From the NCBI GenBank assembly GCA_964019335.1, contig OZ025759.1:124001-188000 (forward strand): 64,000 nt of DNA, written 5' to 3'. Shown in pieces: positions 22,322 through 32,003 of this stretch. The stretch comes from Diplonema japonicum (lineage: Eukaryota; Protista; Euglenozoa: Diplonemea). Numbering within the stretch: position 1 is the first letter of the stretch; the number at the start of each line of letters is the position of its first letter. A program made the translations under genes and the position numbers. The notes under the pieces are model-generated. The model was not told the origin of the DNA and did not search any database. It saw only the letters and a program-made list of their open reading frames with translations.

Positions 22322-22798
22322 ATGTTACGGGCGATATCAGGCATTAGCAGGCAGGCGCGGTGGAGGTCGGTAAACAACCCTTCGAAGACAGGGTACCCGA
22401 ACGCAAAGTATGAAGTGTTCCGGACTGCATGGGTGAGACCCGAGGTGAAAGGGCTGACGTATTTGGACGACAAGACAATACCTACTTTGAACTTGACGGA
22501 TCCACATGAGAGGGTGGAGGCAGCCCTCGCAGGAGAAGGGACCCCCGACTCTTTCGAAAAGTTCCCTTGGGAACTGTACGGGCGTGCTATCGCCACCTCT
22601 GCGGTGTGCTCGGTGGTGGCATTCCTGTTGTTGCTGTCCACACTGAGTCTGTACTACAAACTACAGACGGAGAGGTTTATCGCAAGCAACCAGAAGCGAC
22701 AACTGCAGCAGATCCTTGCAATGGTTAACAAATTAGAGAGGCAGAACGAGGCTTACAAGCTACAGATAGAAATGCAGAAGGGCGACGTGCCCGCGTGA
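22322..22798 (+). CDS. Small single-pass membrane protein, probably mitochondrial
   Basis: MLRAISGISRQARWRS presequence-like start, one hydrophobic helix and a C-terminal coiled coil. Confidence 0.65.
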   Translation: MLRAISGISRQARWRSVNNPSKTGYPNAKYEVFRTAWVRPEVKGLTYLDDKTIPTLNLTDPHERVEAALAGEGTPDSFEKFPWELYGRAIATSAVCSVVAFLLLLSTLSLYYKLQTERFIASNQKRQLQQILAMVNKLERQNEAYKLQIEMQKGDVPA

Positions 22799-22841
22799 TT
22801 TCTTATTTCTTCTTCTTGCTTATACAATCTTCATACTTCAG

Positions 22842-23765
22842 ATGCACCCGTCACAAACATGGCTGGAAAAGACAGGAAAGTACGCGACATGGCAGGGTGT
22901 CCTGAAGCACGCACACGTCTCGTACGATGAATTCCTTGAGAAGTGGGACGGTACTGGCAGCGTTGCAGATGCAGCGGAGAAGATGGGCTATACCAGGCTT
23001 GAGGCGGCAAAGATTGAAGCCCAATGGTCGCGGAGAGGACAGTTGATGATACAAGACTCCGATAAGTGGAAAGCACTGCAAGCAGTTCTTGTTGAGTACA
23101 ACTGGAAGGGGACACTTGTCGCGGCTAACCAGTGCGAAAAAGAAACCAGCGAGAGAGGGGCACGGTTCAGAGAACGGTGGGCAGGGCAACGCACTGTATT
23201 GACCCTGGTGAACGCGAAGAGCCAAGAGAAAGGCATTTTCGATGCAGTGCCCCTGCAAGTCAAGCCTGGGAGGTACGTAATATCTCTCTACGAGGTGTGT
23301 CTGGGTGTCATCAGATCAGATGCTAGCATGGAGCATGACACCTTATACAACAGAGACGAGAACACGTATACTGTACATGACAGCAGCAGATACATAGAAC
23401 GGTATAAGTGCATGGTGCAGGTGGACAATCCTCCGTCTTGCGAACCCCCCACAAGAGCTGCCATCAGGGACATTACCAATACTGCTATTAACGTATGCTC
23501 GAAGATAGCATCAGCAAGGGAGCAGGTCACGGACATGATTGATGCCTTCGAGCGATTTCACCAACCACCCCTCTCCGCAATGCCTGTTGTAGACCCTTTT
23601 GCACTCACCGCGCACTGTGAACTGGAAACCAACCGATTGGCCTCACTAGAAAAAGAAGGCTACGAGGGCAGCAATGTCTCGGTGACTATGCTTGCTGTGC
23701 ACAAAAAAGCTTTGGAGAACCCTTACAGCGTCATGTGGGTTTCGCCCCACAGCGCATCTTACTAG
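22842..23765 (+). CDS. Hypothetical protein (307 aa)
   Basis: ATG ORF directly after TTCAG; coding-like composition. Confidence 0.7.
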   Translation: MHPSQTWLEKTGKYATWQGVLKHAHVSYDEFLEKWDGTGSVADAAEKMGYTRLEAAKIEAQWSRRGQLMIQDSDKWKALQAVLVEYNWKGTLVAANQCEKETSERGARFRERWAGQRTVLTLVNAKSQEKGIFDAVPLQVKPGRYVISLYEVCLGVIRSDASMEHDTLYNRDENTYTVHDSSRYIERYKCMVQVDNPPSCEPPTRAAIRDITNTAINVCSKIASAREQVTDMIDAFERFHQPPLSAMPVVDPFALTAHCELETNRLASLEKEGYEGSNVSVTMLAVHKKALENPYSVMWVSPHSASY

Positions 23766-23861
23766 ATGTACTTTTTGTTTTGTTTTCTGTTTTCGTTTTT
23801 CTTTTTTTTCTTTTTTTTTTTTTTTTTTGCTAATCAAACACTTTGTCATCCAGGAGGCAAA

Positions 23862-25745
23862 ATGATGGACCAGACGTCAGAGCTCCAGCAGACGGAAGAC
23901 ATGCTGATGGAGATACAAGATGAGCTGAAAGTGATGGAGGACAGGGTAGTGGACAGGGAGACGCAGATAGATGCAATCATCGACAAAAATAAGAAGAGAG
24001 AACGTGCCCTCCTGGACTGCCTGGAGGCATTGGTGGGGTACGTCACTATGATGGAGCAGAACGTGGTGCAGCCCGCTATCGGGAACCTTCTTGATGAGCT
24101 TCGAATCCACCACAACAACGTGGCATACAACAGGGAAGAAGCCGTTGGTAAAATAGGTCGGGCAGTTACCAGCAGCTCGTCTCGGTTGGGGAAGCTCCTG
24201 TCCCACCTGCACGACCCGTCTGCCAACGTGATGGCCATGGAGGATAAAAGAAAAGCAGCCTTCGGTGAAAGCGCTGTGTACCAGCCGGAAGATGCTTACA
24301 TCCTATCGCAGTCCCTCCTTCAAGACAAGGAGCAGATGCAGCAAATTATCAAGTTTTGCATGCAATGTTTGCAAACAGGCAAAGAACCGACATCTGACAT
24401 TGGTTCGGAAAGACAAGGGAGGGTCATCGAAAGACAGAACAGGGAGATCACCATGCTGCAGCAGCAGAACGACAGTCTCAAAGCTGAAGTGCAGAGGTTG
24501 CACAGCGTCAGCCAACAAGTGGTTCATCAGGCGAACGACGGTGGCAGACTGCAAGCAGAGCTGAGCATGATGGCACAAGAGAAAGGAGTCCTTGCACAGC
24601 AGATCGAGAGTCTCGAAAGCACAGTACGACAAGAGCGCAAGATACTGAATCAGAAGATCGAGTCCCTCCAAAACAGTCTTGGGCAGACCTCCGCTGAGAG
24701 GGACGCGGTAAAGGCAAGGATCGACCTATCCGAACGTGAAACCTCACAGGCAACAAGGGAGAGGCACCTTCTACAGCAGCAGAACCTCTCTCTGGACGGA
24801 GCCATCCAGCAGCTGCAGCAGGAGCGCTCCCTCACAGTCAGGAAGTTAGAACAAGCCGAAACAAAGAACTTGTTGCTTGAACAAGAACGTGCTATTGTGA
24901 GGCAGAAATTTGAAACTGTCGACAGGGCCCTCAACGAAGGGGAGAGCGAGAAAATGGTATGTGCGGTTACTTGCTTCTCACTTCAAAACACCAGGTATTG
25001 CGTGACGAACTTGAGTCCGCACGGAGCAGGATGTTCCATGGGGCAGACATGGATATAAAGGATGCCCTTCGCCATGTATGTGACAACTGCCACCAAAGCC
25101 ACCGACAGGAGAGGGAGGAATCCCACCGATTGAGGTTAGAGGTGGAGCTGTTGCAAAGGGAACGTGCTTCGGAGCAAAGTGAGAAGGGAGAGGAAGTATG
25201 TGTAATGGGCTCTGTAATTTTCAACACAGCTGACGGGGACGCGAACAGAGAACTTGCGTCTAAAGAATGAGTTTGATAGGCAGCATGTGCTGTTGGAACA
25301 GGCTGGCCAAAGGGAAGCAGAACTCACGACGAAATGTAAGGTGCTCACAGATGTCGCAGACAGACTGAAGATGGAGCTCGAGCAAGCAATCTTGTCAAAG
25401 CCAGGTGGAAACCTCAGTGCAGCTGGAATGACCACGGACGGCATGCATAACAGAATCACCGCATTTGAGATGAGTATGAACAAGCTGAATAACGAAGTGG
25501 GCAACGTGGAAGGGAGAATCAACTCCCTTGACGGAAGCCCTGATGCAGTCCACCAGCTTGACAAGGAACGTGCCCTCTTCGAGGCTGAGCGAAGCGAGTG
25601 CGACCAGATCGTCAAGCAGATGACTGAAGAACTGGAGCTGCTCGTCCATGAAAACCAACAGTTAAAACAGCAGCAGTCGCAGCAGCATCAACACCTTGCC
25701 GCCTCTAGCTGGGGGAACAAGCACCCAACCCACCACGCACACTAA
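23862..25745 (+). CDS. Long coiled-coil protein; introns 24957-24994 and 25196-25229, probably also 25076-25108
   Basis: Heptad-rich Q/E/L/R sequence. The 38- and 34-nt GTATG..CAG introns link three ORFs in frame. Confidence 0.8.
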
Positions 25746-26307
25746 TGTGCTTTGTAGACTAGATACTAGAGTTGTATTGTGTTTTGTTATCTGATATCCT
25801 GCAAACTCTTAATCTTTATGCGGCCGTCAGGGGGGTCTAATTGATTTTTGAATTTTCTTAATTTGGGCTCTTGTTGGCATGGATCGAACATGCTGAAGTC
25901 TTGAGGTTATTTCTTGATTCGAGGACGCATTTGAAACATATTTGAAATCTGCGTTCATTCCACTAAGTATTTTATCATCTCGACCCATAGGAAGCTAATG
26001 TTAAGGCCTTGTACATCTTACACCTCAAAACAAAGATTTGGAATATCTGCGTTCATTCCACTAAATATTTAGTGTTCGAGGCATGAAGGTTCATTGATCG
26101 GATGTCGCGAGACCGTTGCCCAAACTGGGGTCCATTTGCTATTTCCTGGAAATTATGTTAAAAAAGAGGGAAAAAACTGGGGAAGTTTTTTTCTAGTTCT
26201 TTTCTTTTTGTTTTGAGGTCCCTTTTTTGTGTTTGTGTATCGTTAGCAATAACAATCGCTTCTAATTCACGTGCAAATCAGCAAGAAAAACATCGAGAAA
26301 AACATCA

Positions 26308-28350
26308 CGAGTCCCCCTTCAGCCAGGTGCCTTCCAGAACCCGCTCTTCGGCCTGGGGGTGAACGCCGATGGCACGATCTCCGGGGACCAGGAGCTGGCG
26401 GGCCTTCAGGTTGTGGAGGCGGGTGGTGTGCGGATCCGCTGCGTGCGGGACATGCATGCAGCCGTGCGACGGCCCGACGTGGACTACGTTGCGGCCCGTC
26501 CCCTGCCTCTGTCTGAACACGCGAGGTACCTTGGGGTTACGGTGGACTCTGGGCTCACGTTCGGTGAACACGCACAGGACATCCTACGGCGGGCCAGCAA
26601 AAGGCTGAGGGTGCTGAAGCTCTTGTCCGGCACGTCCTGGGGCAGCAAGAGGGACACTCTGCGGTCTCTCTACGTTACGTACATCCTCCCGCTGCTGCGC
26701 TACTGCATGGGGGTCTACTACAGCAGGCTCGATGATGTCGGGAGGAAGGACCTGGCTGGGCTTCACCAGGAGGCGGCGGTGCTGATCACGGGCTGCTGGA
26801 GTGGCTCCGGAGGGTACAAGCTCCTAGCTGAGGCAGGACTGCTTCCCCTCGAAAGAATGGCGGAGGGTGCTGCGGCGACGATGACGGCGAAGGCCTTCTG
26901 CTGGCAGTCTTCCCCGGTTCACAGGGAGACGGTCAAGCTGAAGCAGGCGAACAGGCTGGGGTGTGGGTGGCTGCGCTCTGGCTACCAAGCACTGCGTCGA
27001 TGCGGGTTGGAACCAAAGGTGCACTTCGAGTACCTGTCGGCTACGCCCCTGGCGGCCCCGTGGCAGACAGGCATGGTCGACTTCAGGACTGACCTCCCCG
27101 GCGGGGTCACGCGATCGTCGCCAGACGCGGACAGGCGGAAGGCGGCCGAGGCTGCTCTTGCGGCCCTCCCCCCGGGCCATGCCTACACGGATGGCTCGGT
27201 TGTGCAGGTCGGACAGAAGGCGAAAGGTGGCTCTGGGGTTTATCTGCAGCTGCCTCCCCCCCTGACCCCTGTGTCTATGTGCCATGGCGTCAACGACTTC
27301 TGTTCATCTTTTCGGGCAGAGGGCATGGCTGTGAAAACGGCGCTGGATATGGTGGCTACCCTCCGAAAAACACACCCTTCGCTGGCGAAGTCCCCGCTGT
27401 CGATCTGCACCGACTCCCTCTCCCTCGTCGAGCAGCTGCGAGCTGGCCCAACGCGACAGAGGGAGAAGCTCGACCACCAGACGTGGAGCCGGCTGGTGAC
27501 CGCGGCGCGCACGCAGGGGACACCGGTGGTCCTCCAGTTTGTGCCCTCCCACTGTGGGGTGGACGGGAACGAGAAGGCTGACGCTCTGGCCGTGGAGGGA
27601 ACGAAGCGGAAGCAGGACAGGCCCTCCCTTGACTACCGATCAGTGAGGGCCCTGGTGCGACGGTGGGTGGTGCGGAGGTCCGCGGAGCTCATAACATCCC
27701 TAGGGCCATGGAAGCAACCTCTGCTTAATTCCTGGTACGTGGGAGGCTCCTCTTGAGGATGTCAGTCACCTTTTCCCTTTTTTACTCGACTCTCTGTTTT
27801 CGTATGCAGTATTTATTCTTTCCCACCCCTTTTTATCTATTTCTTCGCTTCTTCATCCTAACTTAAAACCATTTCAGTAGCCCACAACTACGCGGTGGCG
27901 ACCGAGCTTCGGTCCGCGCACTTCCCCCTTGGCTTCCCCAGACAAGCTGAAACGGTCATCTCGCGGCTGCGGATTGGTCACTCGGCTCTCTTCTTCGGCT
28001 TCCTGCAGACTGCTGGCCCGAACAGGAAGCACAAGGGTGTGCTCCGGTGCCCAGCCTGCCACGCAGCACCGATGTCCAGGGAGCATGTTGTCGGTGGGTG
28101 CCCTGTGATCGGGAAGGGGGCGATCGACACTCCTGCTGGTACTCCCTCCCTAGCGTTCTCCCTGTCGAGACGCGTGACCCAGATCTACGACCTCGTTGTT
28201 GAGTCTGGCCTGCTCGCCTGGTCACGCTCCGGACTGTTCACCTCGCCATCATCCACAGACGTCACTGCACCTTCAAACGTGCCGCCCCCTCCTCCGGTCT
28301 CTCTTGACGCCGGTCCCGCGGCCCCCGTGCTGCGCTAAGGGATCGCCCGC
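26308..28350 (+). mobile_element. 5'-truncated Ingi/I-group-like non-LTR retrotransposon (RT thumb, RNase H, Cys/His knuckle), interrupted by a ~177-bp insertion
   Basis: RYLGVTVDSGLTFGEH and LSGTSWG. RNase H motifs YTDGS, SSFRAEG, CTDSLS and VPSHCGVDGNEKADALA. The C-terminus RLRIGH..CPAC..REHVVGGC continues in the same frame at 27895-28338. Confidence 0.9.
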
Positions 28351-28409
28351 GTGTGTGTAAAGCGAAATGTTGTGTTTTCCACTTTCCTTTCCCTTCCTTC
28401 CCCTTCCTC

Positions 28410-29985
28410 CGTCGCGAGGCGTGACAGGGCCAAGTATCTAGGGGTCATCCTTGACGCTGACTTGTCTTTCGGTGCCCATGCCCGCGACATCATCGAGAGA
28501 TACGACAAACGAATTCGCATACTGCGGCTCCTCTCCGGCTCGTCCTGGGGCAGTTCCGCAGCATCACTCAGGTCCTTGTACCTGGCCTACGTCCTACCGG
28601 TGTTCACCTACTCGATTGGCATCTTCTTCGCACTGATGTCTGCTCAAGACAGGAAGGCACTGTGCATGAGGCACGATGAGGCAGCCCGACGAATCACGGG
28701 GTGCGTCAAGAACACCTCCACCTCGGCTGTACTGTGTGAGGCCCGCTTGCGCCCGCTCGACCTGATGGCCGACGCTGCTTCTGCCATTCTACTGCAGAGG
28801 GCACTGAGGTGGGTGGGAACCCCGGTGAACAGGGTGGTCAGGGGTGCAGCTACCGCAGGATGGGCCTTGGGAGCGCTGAAGGCGACGAGGAGTTCTGGGC
28901 TGAGTGCGGTTGCTTCCCTACCGCTAGGGCCTGATACGAGAGCCCCCCCCTGGGCGGAAGGCATCCACGTCGATCCCTACGCCACCGACACCAGGAGGAC
29001 ACTCCCCGACGATGTGAGGGCGGCAGCGGCTGCGGAAAAGCTGGACGAGATCCCAAGCGGCGCTCTGGTAGTGTACACGGACGGCTCGGTGATAAGGGGG
29101 AGAGGGGGAGCTGGGGTTGCCTTCAGAGTCCCCGACATGGACCTCACCCTTACCACCTCTCACGGGGCCGGCATGGTCTCCACACCCATGTGCGCCGAGG
29201 GCACCGCTATCCTGATGGGGTTGAAGGAGGCTGCGGAGGTGTACAAAACGGTCGTGAACCTGAGGGGCCGCCCTCTCTACCTGCTGACCGACTCACAGAC
29301 GATGCTGCGGAGGCTCGCTGGAGGCCCCGGACAGCAGAGGGAGTCCACGGACAGACGGATCTGGGATGCCGCTTCCTGGCTCAGGGCCAAACGCTCTGGT
29401 GATGTGCACTTCTGGTACATCCCCTCCCACTGCGGTGTGACGGGGAACGAGCTCGCCGACGGAGCGGCCAGGGACGGGCTGTCGAAGTCGCCTTGCGGGG
29501 TTAGCTACCGCTCCAGCAAGGCGGCCATAAAAGCGTGGCTGAGAGGAAGGTCGCGTGCGAGATACAACAGCGACTCCCCCGGCCACCACCGCCTCGTCAC
29601 CGGTGGCGAATGTCTCTCTCTCCCACCACTCAGTAGGAGGGATGAGGTCCTGATCGTTCGGCTCCGGACCGGACACACGCCTTTGATGAGGGGGTACCTC
29701 CAGCTCAAGGGACCCCTGAGGGCTGAGGGGAGTCATCACCTCACCTGCCCCGCCTGCAACGTTCAATCACCGCTCGACGCTGATCACCTGCTGAGGGGCT
29801 GTCATTCTCTGGCTCCCACAGCTAAGTCCTTCTACGACACTGGGCTGCCGCTCCGCGCGCTGCTTTCCAAGCACTCCGCCGAGGTCTGCGCCTTCATCGA
29901 GGCCTCCGGGCTCTTATCATGGTCTGAGTGTGGGATCTTCCCCCCGGCCGACGCAGCACAAGGGTGATCGTGAGCCCATTATAGA
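28410..29985 (+). mobile_element. Second, diverged 5'-truncated Ingi/I-group-like element (RT thumb, RNase H, Cys/His knuckle)
   Basis: KYLGVILDADLSFGAH, LSGSSWG, YTDGS, LTDSQ, IPSHCGVTGNELADGAA and RLRTGH..CPAC..DHLLRGC. Confidence 0.9.
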
Positions 29986-30005
29986 CCCCCCCCCCTCCCC
30001 CTTTG

Positions 30006-30037
<32 letters not shown>

Positions 30038-30209
30038 ACTCACACGCAAATGGGCCAAGAAACAACCTCCCGGGAGGCAGCCACAGGGAAGGCCGGGAGG
30101 GCGCAGGGCGCAGCAAGAGAGTTACTCCAGACAAAAGACTGGACACACCCCACACCCCTCCCCCCACCCCCAGTTTCCCCCCAGTGGTTATTATTGCAAA
30201 AAAAATCGA

Positions 30210-30283
30210 GGCGCCTTAGCTCAGTTGGTTAGAGCGCACGCCTAGTAAGCGTGAGGTCGAGGGTTCAAATCCCTCAGGTGCCT
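30210..30283 (+). tRNA. trnT-AGT: tRNA-Thr (anticodon AGT)
   Basis: Acceptor GGCGCCT/AGGTGCC, D-arm GCTC..GAGC, anticodon arm CACGC-CTAGTAA-GCGTG, T-arm GAGGG-TTCAAAT-CCCTC, followed by a T-run terminator. Confidence 0.97.
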
Positions 30284-30332
30284 TTCTTTTTTCTTTTTCC
30301 TTCATCACACTCTTCAAGCCAAAACAAGTAAA

Positions 30333-31271
30333 ATGGAACTCAGTATTCGCGAAGCCGTCAGGAATGACACAAGAGAACTCCTTGGGGATCTGAGCAAGGA
30401 CATCTTTCAAGGCCTAGACTACTTCCCAGGATGGTTGGAAAGCATGTGGACGCAGGAAGGAAGGAAGATGTGGGTGTGTGTCGACGCGGATGGCAGAATA
30501 GCTGGGTTGGAGACCATGCTGCTTGTTGATAACGGAAGGACAGCAGTGCCGCAGTGTCTTCGGGTACTTCCCGATTTCAGGGGGAAGGGTGTGTCGAAGC
30601 TGCTGAGCATCCACCTTCAGAAATATGTGGCGACAGTGCCATCAATCAAAAGGATAAGAGCCACGACACGCAACGACAACAAAGCTACAATAGCTATTCA
30701 CGAGAAAGATGGGTTTAACATTCCATTTAAACAAGGGGCTTGTATTTTCCACCCTGTCCTTGCGAACGGAGAGATTGAAGGGGTTCCTTGCATGGACCAA
30801 TTGGTTGAGCACGATGCCGAGAAGATTGCAGCTTTTGTGAAACCATACACGGCATCAACAAATGAAATGCTTATTGCGGAGTGGACGCCTCGTTGTTGTG
30901 AGACTCATGAAAACACAGTGCGCAGTGTTGAGGCGGTTCAAAAAGCGGGATTCACATTTCTTGTAGACGAGGAGAGGAAGTGCGTTTCATACTGGAAACT
31001 AGCTCAATACCCACGGGGTCCCACTATCGTTGTCACAGTGCTCGGCAACGACGGAAAAGAAGCGTTCATGGCCCATGCCCTGTACTACGCCAACAAAGGC
31101 GTACAGTTGGCGTGCCATTCTGTCGAGCTTTTCTACGATGTAGCTCTCTTCAGGAACTCACCTCTTCCTGAGGTACTTGTGAAGCTTGAAGCAATCACGA
31201 AAGCTCCTTTCGATACCGAGCGATTCAACTTGACAGGTGCCGGCCTGTGTATGATAGAGAAGGTTTTGTAA
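30333..31271 (+). CDS. GNAT N-acetyltransferase, NAT16/histidine N-acetyltransferase-like
   Basis: DIFQGLDYFPGW and acetyl-CoA motif A LRVLPDFRGKGVS. Confidence 0.8.
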   Translation: MELSIREAVRNDTRELLGDLSKDIFQGLDYFPGWLESMWTQEGRKMWVCVDADGRIAGLETMLLVDNGRTAVPQCLRVLPDFRGKGVSKLLSIHLQKYVATVPSIKRIRATTRNDNKATIAIHEKDGFNIPFKQGACIFHPVLANGEIEGVPCMDQLVEHDAEKIAAFVKPYTASTNEMLIAEWTPRCCETHENTVRSVEAVQKAGFTFLVDEERKCVSYWKLAQYPRGPTIVVTVLGNDGKEAFMAHALYYANKGVQLACHSVELFYDVALFRNSPLPEVLVKLEAITKAPFDTERFNLTGAGLCMIEKVL

Positions 31272-32003
31272 AGAATAAAAAGAGACGCAATTTTTTCGTT
31301 CGATTTATTATTTCCCTGTTTGTTTCCTTTTTCTTTTCTTTTTTTTTTTTTTCTCTTTTTTTTCTTTTCTTTTTGTTTATACACTGTTGTTTCTTATCGA
31401 ACATATACCACAGCCGCAATAGGAGTGCGCCAAAGTGCTGGACACGCGCTTGTGCAGCCTCGTGCGATTAGCTGTGTATTTCTCTTCCTCGTAACTAATA
31501 TGGCATTGCAAGAGTGTTTTTGTATTTCTTTCTTTTTTTCCATATTCAAGACGTAAGTGAACGCATGAACTCTTTACTTAGATTTACTCGAGTTTCTTTT
31601 GGTTTCAAGGTAGTGCGATCAATTCTTCTTTTTATCACAAGATTGCCACGCCAGATCAAAGAAACCCCCCCCCAAAAAAAGCAATTGTTTTCTTTTTTGG
31701 GGACAAAAAAAAAAGAATGGCTATTTCAGTTTTTTGAAAACCCTCTGGTTTTTCAGAACGTTTGTCCGCTATCTCCTTACACCGCTTAGGGATGAAACCC
31801 CTTGTCTCTCATATGGTAGGTATAGGACATTTTCCTAATCCCATTGCTGTGCAACCTTTTTCTTATTTATTTTTTCCGTTTGTTATGAAGACGCCATGAC
31901 TCATTGCCGATTCATTCCTTTTTTTTTTTTACTCTATTCCCTTAGTAGTCCTTTATTCTCTCTGTAGACTCGCTCAAGCGTGTATCAACCTCACCAGGTG
32001 CCC

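Noticed and set aside
25860-25950. Possible - strand tRNA
   Set aside because: Only a T-arm; no matching acceptor, D or anticodon arms.
25940-26070. CRISPR-like repeat-spacer
   Set aside because: Only two repeats 98 bp apart, eukaryotic context, no cas genes.
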